From an uncultured Bdellovibrio sp. (GTDB taxonomy: Bacteria > Bdellovibrionota > Bdellovibrionia > Bdellovibrionales > Bdellovibrionaceae), in contig CAWVRN010000012.1 in the NCBI GenBank assembly GCA_963932905.1, forward strand, positions 1 through 64,000: 64,000 nucleotides of DNA, given 5' to 3'. The notes under the pieces are model-generated. The model saw nothing but the letters and a program-made list of their open reading frames with translations. It had not been told where the DNA came from and searched no databases. The translations under genes and the position numbers were made by a program. Positions within the stretch are counted from its first letter, which is position 1, and each line of letters begins with the position of its first letter. Shown here in pieces: positions 49,634-58,876 of this stretch.

Positions 49634-50557
49634 ATGAAACGTGCTTTTTTAGTGTCTATTGCAGTGTTCACTTTTGTGGTTGCGTGTGGAAAAAAAGATA
49701 AAAAGATGGGACAGGCAGGAAAAGCAGGCGGTCAAGCGCAAACTGATTGTTCTGGCAAAAAAGCAGAAACCGATGAGTGCAAAAAAATCGCGGCAGAGGC
49801 AGCAGCTAAAGCTCAGCTCGGTACACCAATTGACAATGGTGAAGACTTAGCCGCATCGGGTGCTGACATAGCCAAAGACGTGGTCGAAACGATTCCAAAT
49901 GTGAATGACAAAGTTTTAAATGAACAATCGAAAATGAGCATCACATTAAGTGATAAAACAGCGTTAGTAGCTGATTTACGAATCAGTGCTGATTCTAGTG
50001 ATATGATAGCGACTAAAGTTTTATGCGCCGATATCAAAGATCCAAATGATTTGAAAGAAGTCAACGTAGCCAATCCAGATGATAAAAAGGATATTGGTGC
50101 GCATATCTTATTGTTTAATAACTCATCGATCGCAGCGGATCTAACTGTGAATAACGGTGACAAAACAGTAAAGCCAAAAACGTATTTATTAACATGCAAT
50201 AGCAGTTCAAGTGCGAAAGCGTCTGATTACCTAGATGAAAAAGGAAACTCGAAAGTTAAAGAAGTCGAAGTAAAACAATTAAAAGTCGGTCAGCAGGCTT
50301 TTGAAATTATCCAAAAAGGTACAAGCGCTGATACCGGAGTGTTAGCTTCGTTCGAATGCACTTCCGATAGCGACGTGCTAAAAAGCAAAGTCAAAATGAT
50401 CGGCAAAAAAGCCGCTAATAGAATCCATTTAAGACAAGGTTCATCCGTAATGGTTTTCCGCGCTATCGATGTTAAAGAAGGCGACAAGAAAATCAAAGAA
50501 CTAGGTTCAGACGCTCAGAAAGAAGTGAAAAGTACAGTCGTTACTTGTAACGGTTAG
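49634..50557 (+). CDS. Lys-rich hypothetical lipoprotein
   Basis: SD aaggag; lipobox VAC. Confidence 0.8.
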   Translation: MKRAFLVSIAVFTFVVACGKKDKKMGQAGKAGGQAQTDCSGKKAETDECKKIAAEAAAKAQLGTPIDNGEDLAASGADIAKDVVETIPNVNDKVLNEQSKMSITLSDKTALVADLRISADSSDMIATKVLCADIKDPNDLKEVNVANPDDKKDIGAHILLFNNSSIAADLTVNNGDKTVKPKTYLLTCNSSSSAKASDYLDEKGNSKVKEVEVKQLKVGQQAFEIIQKGTSADTGVLASFECTSDSDVLKSKVKMIGKKAANRIHLRQGSSVMVFRAIDVKEGDKKIKELGSDAQKEVKSTVVTCNG

Positions 50558-50584
50558 TTGGAAATTGAAATAGAATTTGAAGAC

Positions 50585-50618
50585 AAGGCGATGCTTGGAT
50601 AAGCGTCGCTTTTTTTTT
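50585..50618 (+). terminator. Rho-independent terminator
   Basis: gcgatgctt-ggat-aagcgtcgc followed by T9. Confidence 0.85.
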
Positions 50619-50746
50619 GGATATGCTTAGATGTAGAAGTTAGGACTTGATCTGAAAGTCCCTGCAATTAGTTTATATATCGTCTGACGGTCATTGAAGT
50701 AATGGCACATATTGTACCGAGGCGCTGCTAGTGGTACGCTCATAAT

Positions 50747-51736
50747 ATGAGCGACAGAAAACTGATTTTTAAAAATGATCGTGCCGCCGCGGCGTTTGGC
50801 AAATTTCGGGATCGTATTTACTTCGAAATTTCAGCACAGAAAGGGAGCCGCTTCGCGAGCCATTCTACCTGGCTGAAAGCCATTTTCCTCTTTACGGGTT
50901 CGGTCGTAAGTTACTCTGAATTATTAGTAGGTGCTTCTAATCCTAAAACGTCGTTACTTTTGGGTTTGGTATCCGGGGTCTCGATTCTCCTTTTCGCACT
51001 GAATGCCTCTCACGATGCCGCTCACGGTGCATTCTCGCGGCATCCTTGGATTAATACCATCGTGCTCTACATCCCTTTTAGCATCCTTGGTGTTGATCCC
51101 GAAATGTGGCGGATAAGACATCTGAAATCGCTTCATAAATTCCCGAATATCGACCACTGCGATGCCGACATTGATGAAAATCCGTTTGTTCGCCTTTGAC
51201 CCAATCAGCCCAAAAAATGGTGGCACCGATTCCAGCACTGGTACGCGTGGTTTTTGTACTTGGTAGTCGCATTTCATGCCGCATGGATTTAAGACCTCAA
51301 TTATATGAAACGCGAAAGTCTTGCCAACATGGATGACTGGCACGAAAAAACACCCTCATGGATGCGATTCCTTACCCTCAAAGTTCCGCACGTTTTCGTC
51401 TTTTATGTTCTTCCACTCATTGGAACTCACTTTTCTAGCGAGGCCGTGTTTCCTAAGATCGTTAATGGTCACGTCGGCTGCAGCTACGTCTCTCATCAGT
51501 TAATCACAAGTGTGGACTGGTACCCTTTTTCACAATTTTGGTGTGGAATTATCGGTGGACTTAATGCTCATGCCGCTCATCACCTCTTTCCGAAAGTAAG
51601 TCACCGTCACTATTTTTGGATTTCCGGAGCCATCGGTGAGTTTTGCCGAGAAAATGATCTAGTTCACAATCATGTCGGCTTACTAAAGGCGATTCGCAGT
51701 CATTTCAATTTTTTGAAACACCTTTCGCGCAATTGA
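50747..51736 (+). pseudogene. Fatty-acid desaturase pseudogene
   Basis: His boxes HDAAH and HAAHHLFP lie in one frame broken by TGA 51197-99 and TAA 51290-92; middle box degenerate (HLKSLH). Confidence 0.85.
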
Positions 51737-52058
51737 TTGAGGCAAAGAACCATACATTCTGACTTCGATGCCGCCCGCACTTGCCTAGCTTTCTCGGCCA
51801 GACTATGGCGTTTACACGCCGCTTGGCCATCTCTACTTAGCTTTTTGAAGCCCCGGTATCGGAAAGAACGGCGAAGTTCCAGACCTCGCCCATCGCGGAT
51901 CGAAGTGCCATTCTCGGTTTCGTTTCTAGATCACTGACAATGAAATTCAATAGCCAATGTTTCATAGAACCGATTGGCATGGGCTCCGTGATTATTTCGA
52001 CACTGTCCAGTCATTAGAGCTCAGGTAAGCATATCCAGGCTGCGATAATTAAGTAGGG

Positions 52059-52397
52059 CTAGTAATCACACCAGCCATTGTAACTGTGATCATCAGAAAG
52101 TGCGCCAGTTTTCAGACTATAGCAGAACGACCTATAGGCAGCGAAACAATTTGGAGCACTGGGGTGTGGTTCGGCATTATAGTCTATACAACATGTGTAA
52201 GGATCAAGAGATCTAGTCTGACTATTATAGGCTGAAATAGCTTTAACAAAAGGACGAGGCTTTCGTAGAATTTCGTTTCTAGTGACTAAGAGAACTCTGT
52301 TTTTTACAGCGGGAGCTTTGCAAAACTCGTTTGCCCTGCAAATATTAACCCCTAAAATCACTAACATGATGTTTGCCAATAAGATTTCTTTTTTCAT
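52059..52397 (-). CDS. Small secreted Cys-rich hypothetical protein
   Basis: Signal peptide, several Cys, co-oriented after the ABM gene. Confidence 0.6.
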   Translation of the reverse strand: MKKEILLANIMLVILGVNICRANEFCKAPAVKNRVLLVTRNEILRKPRPFVKAISAYNSQTRSLDPYTCCIDYNAEPHPSAPNCFAAYRSFCYSLKTGALSDDHSYNGWCDY

Positions 52398-52416
52398 TTT
52401 TCGTCCTAATAGGTTT

Positions 52417-52809
52417 TTAATTAATAATCTGAACGGTTTGGCCTTTTACCTCGAAAGAGTCCAAAAACGAGTCTGCTGAGTTGGCTTTAATTTCGTTAAA
52501 AAATTTCCGCATATGTTCCGATTTTTCTTTATGCTCAATAAGCATAGCTTCTTTGCTTTTCCAAATTTCATGAAATTCAAATCGATTAGTTGCTTTCCCG
52601 TGTTCATCTATAATTTGGTACCCATAGTAGGAAATACAGCTGGCTTCCTTACGAGTGGGTTCGATGATTTTGGATACCGCTCTTTTAAATTCTTTTAGTT
52701 TTTCTGGCTTTACGACTAAAATTGCTGAGCCTTGCCATACCGTCTCCGCATGAGAGATGTTTGTCGTCATCACCCCAAATATTATTAGTAAAATATTCAC
52801 TACTTTCAT
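52417..52809 (-). CDS. ABM-family (quinol monooxygenase-like) protein with signal peptide
   Basis: VKPEK..EF; TRKEASCISY; FHEIWKSKEA..EH. Confidence 0.85.
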   Translation of the reverse strand: MKVVNILLIIFGVMTTNISHAETVWQGSAILVVKPEKLKEFKRAVSKIIEPTRKEASCISYYGYQIIDEHGKATNRFEFHEIWKSKEAMLIEHKEKSEHMRKFFNEIKANSADSFLDSFEVKGQTVQIIN

Positions 52810-52899
52810 TTTCACTCCTTGTTAGAAAATCCATTTACATTTACCTGAATGGTCTGTAAATCAGTATAAATAGAACAAAGTTATAAGGAAATTTCGAAT

Positions 52900-53790
52900 A
52901 TGATCACTTTTGATAGACTCCGTTATTTTGTTGAAGTAGCGACCACCGAGCACGTAGGTAATGCTGCCAAGATATTAGCAATAAGTCCGAGCGTAATTAG
53001 TTCGGCGATTCGCGAACTAGAGGAAGAGTTTGAATGCCAATTATTTGCTCGCCAGAAGCAACGAATTAAATTAACGGAACGAGGTCAAGTTCTTCTCGAA
53101 AAGGCTAGAGGCATTTTGAAAGAAACAAATCAGCTCTACAATGATATCTCGGCTGAAAATTTTAAATTTAAAGGACACTATAAAGTTGGAGCGAGTCACT
53201 TCCTCATGCAGGAGTATTTAATTCCAGTCTTTCTTGAAATTCAGCGAGATCATCCACAGCTCACAATTGAATTCATTTCACTTGATGCTGGAGTCGCCGT
53301 GTCTCATTTGCTTTCAGGAGAACTGGATGCCGCACTTATTTTTAGATCTTCATACTATAATGAGCTAGAAGAGACAGTTCTCTATAATGGGCAGTTCCAA
53401 ATTGCCTTAAGGAAAAACCATCCTATTTTTAAATTACCTAGCAGTATGATCAGCAAAAGCCTAAATGAATTACCAGCAATTACATTTAGAACTTTTGCAG
53501 GTCCTAATTTTTGGGAAAATCATCCTGCATTTAAAGATATTGGACTTACCCCAAGGCATGCTTATTTTTATGGCGATACGCAAGCAGCCCTTCAGCTTTT
53601 AAAGTCGACTGATGGGTGGGCCTTTTTGCCTGATAAGATTATCAATAAGCATAAGAGTATTCGTAAAGTGAGTCTAACCCGCGTATTAAAGGCGCCAGTC
53701 AATATCTCATTTGTAACAAAGAAGGAGCGCGCTAATAAATTCATCGATCATTTAAAAGGCGTTCTGCAATCAAAGATTAAAAAGTACTAA
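52900..53790 (+). CDS. LysR-family transcriptional regulator
   Basis: LRYFVEVA..EHV..AA..L.ISPS.IS..IRELEEE...LF.R; divergent from the ABM gene. Confidence 0.95.
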   Translation: MITFDRLRYFVEVATTEHVGNAAKILAISPSVISSAIRELEEEFECQLFARQKQRIKLTERGQVLLEKARGILKETNQLYNDISAENFKFKGHYKVGASHFLMQEYLIPVFLEIQRDHPQLTIEFISLDAGVAVSHLLSGELDAALIFRSSYYNELEETVLYNGQFQIALRKNHPIFKLPSSMISKSLNELPAITFRTFAGPNFWENHPAFKDIGLTPRHAYFYGDTQAALQLLKSTDGWAFLPDKIINKHKSIRKVSLTRVLKAPVNISFVTKKERANKFIDHLKGVLQSKIKKY

Positions 53791-53993
53791 TTAAAATGCG
53801 TTTCAATTCATCCAGGTCGAACCTTGCTGACCAGGCCAAAGTGAAATAACGTCACTCTGCCAGACCTGGCTGACCTTACAAATATGTGCCATTCTATCGT
53901 TTTGAGATTTGAGGTAAATGGCGGGATAATTTCCGCCATCGTCCAGTTATGAATGCCCAATCAAATTGTTCGACTAGTGAGAAATAGGTAGAA

Positions 53994-54410
53994 TTATTGG
54001 ACCTGACATGAGAGTGATGTTGAGACGAGGTAGTTGCTTTTATCTTCTAATTTATTAAAGAACTGTGCGGCACCGGTTTGTTTGTCAATTTTTAGTGCCC
54101 GGATGGCTTTTGAACAAGAAGGATTTATGGGCGTATGTTTGGGACACCATACATATGTTAATTCTAGAGTGGAAGGAGTCTCAACTTCCGCTATTTTTTG
54201 TAAATCCATATAGACCGGAGTTTTAAAGGGCGGATTAGCTATAGTTACATAAAGATCTGCCTCTAATCCATAGGTTTTAAATATCTCTGGTTGTACATTG
54301 GTGATTTCAGTCTTTTCGTTATAAACAATACCCTTACAATGAAGTGAATTAATGCTCGCATAACTTATTCCAGCACTAATAAATACGATAATACCTAAAA
54401 TTGATTTCAT
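53994..54410 (-). CDS. Secreted hypothetical protein
   Basis: SD ggagga; signal peptide SYA; four Cys. Confidence 0.7.
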   Translation of the reverse strand: MKSILGIIVFISAGISYASINSLHCKGIVYNEKTEITNVQPEIFKTYGLEADLYVTIANPPFKTPVYMDLQKIAEVETPSTLELTYVWCPKHTPINPSCSKAIRALKIDKQTGAAQFFNKLEDKSNYLVSTSLSCQVQ

Positions 54411-54717
54411 ACATCCTCCAAGTATAAATTGTTCCTGTGCAAGGGTTACTGGTCAACGAAAGAATGATTAACACGAAATTAATGTCATCTCGCCTAAGCT
54501 TTCCTGATCACCTTTATGCGAAATAAGCGGGAAACTACTTAACTGGGCGTTCTATTCAACAAGTGCCTTATTATTTCCGATTGCTCGATGAAATCGAAAC
54601 CTCGTATAAGAAGTGTCAGATCAAGTCCTAACTTCTACAGCTTAGATGATACAATCCCAGTCTACATGACCGAACCAAATCCATCAGCCTCACTCCCGCA
54701 AGACCAACCATCATTCC

Positions 54718-55263
54718 CTAATGATGTTTCTTATGCAACAAATTTTCCGTATAAGCCAGCATCACCGAGCTCAGTAGAAAAACCACATGTATGATCACTT
54801 GCCACATGATTTGATCTTGGGATTTGTCTTTAATATTGATGAAAGATTTTAATAGGTGAATACCGGAAATTCCGACTAGGGCAGTTGCTAGTTTTACCTT
54901 CAGGGCACCGGCGTCGATTTTATCTAGCCAGTCGGGTTTGTCGGCGTGGCCTTGCAGATCGATACGACTGACAAATGTGGCGTATCCGCCGATGATGACC
55001 ATCACCAAAAGGTTTGCGACCATTGTGATATCTACCAATGTCAGCACGCCTAACATCAGTACTTCTTCGGTGATTGTGTTTACCGTGGAAACCAAATGAA
55101 TCAATTCGATCAAAAATTTATAGGCATACAGCACGCCGGCGACGATTAGTCCAACATACAGGGGAGCTTGAAACCAGCGGCTGGAAAAAATTAGGTTTTC
55201 TAATGCGGATTCGAATTGTTTTTTCATGGGTCTATACAAATCTAATTCGGTGTCGTTTGTCAA
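54718..55263 (-). CDS. UPF0114/TIGR00645 (YqhA-like) membrane protein
   Basis: IFSSRWFQAPLYVGL; LVDI.MVANLL.MV..GGY.TFVS. Confidence 0.9.
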   Translation of the reverse strand: MTNDTELDLYRPMKKQFESALENLIFSSRWFQAPLYVGLIVAGVLYAYKFLIELIHLVSTVNTITEEVLMLGVLTLVDITMVANLLVMVIIGGYATFVSRIDLQGHADKPDWLDKIDAGALKVKLATALVGISGIHLLKSFINIKDKSQDQIMWQVIIHVVFLLSSVMLAYTENLLHKKHH

Positions 55264-55272
55264 AATAATATT

Positions 55273-56796
55273 TTATTTCGTGATTGTGCTTTTTAATTTT
55301 TCTGCGGCAGCGAAAATGGTTTTCTTTTTCTTTGAATCCATTTTTTCAACTGTGCGGGCCATCATCGACAGGCGTGGATTCTTTAAAAAGAAAGCCTTAT
55401 GTTTTTCTATAAATCCCCAATACAAACCGTCCACACCATCACACCATGGCTCACTGGCTTTATAACCACCCATTTTACGATAGTAGTTGGAACCACAGAA
55501 ATAAGGTTTTGTCGCAAATATCCCTCCGTCAGCGAATAAGGCCATGCCATAAACATTCGGTCCCATCACCCAATCAGAACTATCGATAAACATTTCCATA
55601 AACCATTTGTGAGCCTCTGTTGGGTCAACCTCTAAAAGTAACATAAGGCTTCCGATGATCATCAATCGTTCGATATGGTGAGCATAACCATAGCGAACAG
55701 TTTTTCGAATCGCGTGATCCAGCGGCGCCACCCCCGTGTTTCCCTTGTACCAATGATCCGTTAGTTTTCTGTTGTGCTTGAAGAAATTAGTGGACTCTTG
55801 TTTTTCAGAATAATTTTGATAGATGCCTCGGATGAATTCACGCCATCCAATCACTTGGCGAATGAATCCTTCGGTTGATGCGATTGGTATTTTGTTGTCT
55901 TTGGCATACGCTAGTGTTTCCTGCACCACTTCCGATGGTGTCAGCAGCCCTGTGTTTAAAAAAGGCGTTAACACCGAATGAAAAACAAAATCGCTGTGTT
56001 GGGGGATCGCATCTTCGTACGGGCCAAATTGCAGCAAACGATCGTCTAAGAATCGTTTTAGCCAAGCCTTGGCCCCTTTACGATCCACGGGTAGCCAAAA
56101 ATTTTGCGACTGTCCCGGGTGTTTAGAAAATAACTCGTCCGTGATTTTGATCACATCCCAAGTGATATCGCTGGTCCTTACCAAAGGTACATCTGGTGGC
56201 ACTATTTTATCTGGCAGAGCCAATCGGTTGTCGACGTCAAAACTCCATTGTCCACCGACGGGTTGGTCATTTTTATCCACCAATATTTTCAAACGTTTTC
56301 TTTGTTGTTCATAAAACGTTTTCATAAACGGCTTTTTAGTTTTGCCGAGATAGTTTTTAAATTCAGTCCGTCCCGTTAGAAACATAGGACTAGGTAAAAC
56401 GGTTACATTCAATTTTAATCGGCTAAAGAGTTTCATCAGTCGTGTTTCGAAAAACTTGTCCTCTATTTCAAAGATAGAAACCGAGGTGATTTTTTTTGAC
56501 GTTATGAATGTCTCGAGTGATTTTTCATAAGATCCAGAATCTGGTGCGAGTTTTTCATAGTGAACGGCGATTTTTTTTGAAGTCAGCTCTTGGGCAAAGG
56601 TTCTCATCGCCGCAAGGAAAAAAATAATTTTGTGCTTATGAAACTTGTAATAGGTGCACAGTTCTTGATCTTCGCGCATAAACACATAATCAATATTTTC
56701 CAAATCGGTTTGGGCTGCTTTTAAGTCAAACAATTGGTTTCCTAGAATGACCAAAAGTGATTTTGATTTCGACGTGTCAGTTGAAAGTGTTTTCAT
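55273..56796 (-). CDS. Bacterial cryptochrome/(6-4) photolyase (PhrB/CryB-related)
   Basis: ILGNQL; HKHKI; EGFIRQVIGWREF; YAHHIERLM; WVMGPNVYGM; ADGG..ATKPY. Confidence 0.9.
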   Translation of the reverse strand: MKTLSTDTSKSKSLLVILGNQLFDLKAAQTDLENIDYVFMREDQELCTYYKFHKHKIIFFLAAMRTFAQELTSKKIAVHYEKLAPDSGSYEKSLETFITSKKITSVSIFEIEDKFFETRLMKLFSRLKLNVTVLPSPMFLTGRTEFKNYLGKTKKPFMKTFYEQQRKRLKILVDKNDQPVGGQWSFDVDNRLALPDKIVPPDVPLVRTSDITWDVIKITDELFSKHPGQSQNFWLPVDRKGAKAWLKRFLDDRLLQFGPYEDAIPQHSDFVFHSVLTPFLNTGLLTPSEVVQETLAYAKDNKIPIASTEGFIRQVIGWREFIRGIYQNYSEKQESTNFFKHNRKLTDHWYKGNTGVAPLDHAIRKTVRYGYAHHIERLMIIGSLMLLLEVDPTEAHKWFMEMFIDSSDWVMGPNVYGMALFADGGIFATKPYFCGSNYYRKMGGYKASEPWCDGVDGLYWGFIEKHKAFFLKNPRLSMMARTVEKMDSKKKKTIFAAAEKLKSTITK

Positions 56797-56902
56797 AAGA
56801 AATTTGTCCTTTGCCAGGGATCAGACTATACTAGCAGAGCAGAAAAGATGACAATTCTCTAATCAAATTGTGATATAGCAAACCGGATCTGGATTGGCTC
56901 AC

Positions 56903-57835
56903 TTAACGATAAAAATTCACACATGAATTGTTTTGTTTTAAAACTTTCTCAAAACGTTTCATGAAAATCGAGGGATGATCGGTTGTAATTCCAGCCACGC
57001 CCATCGCAATTAGTTTATCGGCAGCTTCGGGATCATTCACTGTCCAAGGATTCACATCGATATTTCGGGCTCGAAGATAGGCGATCGAGTCCGAAGTCAG
57101 GTCTTGCCAATTCGGTGCAAATGCAATCGGCTGAAAGTCTTTGATGGCTGATTGAAAATCAATTTTTGTCCAGTCGCCGCGATCGACAAGAAGAATGCGG
57201 GGAATAGCCGGTTGGTGTTTTCGAAACTCAGTTAAAACGTCCCAATTGAAAGCCCGAGCGATGATGGGTGTTTTGATTTTAACTTTGTTAATCACGTCAG
57301 AGGTCGCTTTGGCTAGTTCGGCCATGGGAGCTGATTCGTGAAGAAATTCTTTTTCACTTTTGATTTCAAGATGCAGAGGAATGGCAGGTAGGCCTTGTGA
57401 TTCACGGGCTTGGACAGCTAGAAGAAATTCTTCAAAGGTAATAACCTTCGTGTCGCCCGGTTTTGTAACTAAGTGGTCCGAGTAGGGGATCTGTTTAATT
57501 TGAGTCAGGGTCAAGTCTTTGATCAATACAGGCTCAGTCAGTCCCAAAAAGTCTTCGGGATTTAATTTATAATCATGATAAATTACGGGAACGCCGTCTT
57601 TGGTCAGGTGAACATCGAATTCCACACTAGACGCCTTGATATCCATCGCGTGGATCAATGCCGACATGGAATTTTCACGGTAGGTAAGCCGATCGCCTCG
57701 ATGCGCTGAAATTTCCCAAAAATGTGGGCTGCTATGAGCAGGGGTAGTCAGCCCAAGCCACAACAAGATAGAAATTAATTTGTGCACAATCTTCCTCAAG
57801 GGAATTACTATAGCAAATTTGGATTTGTCTTTCAT
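56903..57835 (-). CDS. Glycerophosphodiester phosphodiesterase
   Basis: AHRG; EN; EFDVHLTKDG.PV.YHD; WTVND; ITTD.P. Confidence 0.92.
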   Translation of the reverse strand: MKDKSKFAIVIPLRKIVHKLISILLWLGLTTPAHSSPHFWEISAHRGDRLTYRENSMSALIHAMDIKASSVEFDVHLTKDGVPVIYHDYKLNPEDFLGLTEPVLIKDLTLTQIKQIPYSDHLVTKPGDTKVITFEEFLLAVQARESQGLPAIPLHLEIKSEKEFLHESAPMAELAKATSDVINKVKIKTPIIARAFNWDVLTEFRKHQPAIPRILLVDRGDWTKIDFQSAIKDFQPIAFAPNWQDLTSDSIAYLRARNIDVNPWTVNDPEAADKLIAMGVAGITTDHPSIFMKRFEKVLKQNNSCVNFYR

Positions 57836-58042
57836 CTGTAGTAATTTAGACGAAATGACAAAAATGGCTCGGTTATATTGTCTTTGAAGAAGTTTAAATT
57901 ACATTATCTAGAAAAAGGAATTCATGACGACGCTTGTTGCTTATGTAGTGAATGAATCCCTATACGATATCAATGGGCGTCGATTTTTTGCTGCCTTCAG
58001 TTATGGGTTCTAAGAACATGCTAAATCAATCATACTGCGTTC

Positions 58043-58876
58043 ATGACTGATAGACCCGATGACCTGATCGGCTTTGCCGATTTTAAAATTCCCATTATGA
58101 AGATTCCGAAATTAAAATCACTTCGGGATCCATTCAACGAGCCCATTTACTATCGGATAATGGATGGCACAACCGATACAGCCATTGTGTTAGTGCACGG
58201 CATGGGCGGTGATTCACGCTACTTGACTCAGCTGGCGTTGCAATTATCGCAAGCGACTCAGCACACGATATTACTTCCGGATTTAAAATCCCATGGCGAA
58301 ATGAACCAAGATCGCGCGGTAAAACTGCTGCCTCATCAAGACGTCATCACGGAATTGCAATTTCTTTTAGATAACTGGAAACAAAATCACTTAATGATAA
58401 AAAACATCGTTCTTGTGGGGCACTCGTTAGGTGGCGCTGTAGTTTTAAAATGGCTTATGAGTCAACCGATTGGAACATTTCAAAAGATTGGCTTAATCGC
58501 GCCGTATCTACCAGAACCTTACAATGTGGAATCGTCGCGTTTTGGTTTTTGGGTGAAACGCACAGATGAGAAACTACTTCTAAGATTCCCAGAGCAGGCC
58601 AAGTGGGGATCTGAAGTGGAAGAGTACGATGCCTCTTACATCAAATCCTGCGTGCTGGAAAACCTCGATTGGCAGCAATGCCACGAACGATGTCCCGATT
58701 TGAATTTATTTGTCAGCGATGCCGATTTAATTCTTGATGTAAAAAAATATCAGAATCACTTTGCCAGCAAAAGCGAAATTAATTTTCGCGTATTCAATGG
58801 ATTTTCTCATATAGGCCTTGTGACCAGTCCGAAGAGTGGTCAGCAGATTGCCTCTGAATTATTTCCTAAAAATTAA
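58043..58876 (+). CDS. Alpha/beta hydrolase
   Basis: LVHGMGG; GHSLGG; D; H. Confidence 0.88.
   Translation: MTDRPDDLIGFADFKIPIMKIPKLKSLRDPFNEPIYYRIMDGTTDTAIVLVHGMGGDSRYLTQLALQLSQATQHTILLPDLKSHGEMNQDRAVKLLPHQDVITELQFLLDNWKQNHLMIKNIVLVGHSLGGAVVLKWLMSQPIGTFQKIGLIAPYLPEPYNVESSRFGFWVKRTDEKLLLRFPEQAKWGSEVEEYDASYIKSCVLENLDWQQCHERCPDLNLFVSDADLILDVKKYQNHFASKSEINFRVFNGFSHIGLVTSPKSGQQIASELFPKN

Larger units (their letters stand above)
50632..54639. mobile_element. Non-autonomous, transposase-free cargo transposon with IS481-like ends
   Basis: Perfect 24-bp TIRs tgtagaagttaggacttgatctga (50632-50655) and tcagatcaagtcctaacttctaca (54616-54639); flanking direct repeat gcttaga (50625-50631, 54640-54646); no transposase ORF inside. 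Confidence 0.9.

Noticed and set aside
51197..51199. Selenocysteine or programmed readthrough at the desaturase TGA
   Set aside because: A second in-frame TAA and a damaged His box indicate plain decay.
51737..51937. 66-aa ORF after the desaturase
   Set aside because: No SD or motif; probably degraded sequence.
53918..53940. 13-nt match (aatttccgccatc) to the IS21-like end at 37-49
   Set aside because: Part of a local hairpin (atggcgg/ccgccat) between convergent genes; lacks the terminal TGT and second repeat, so likely chance.
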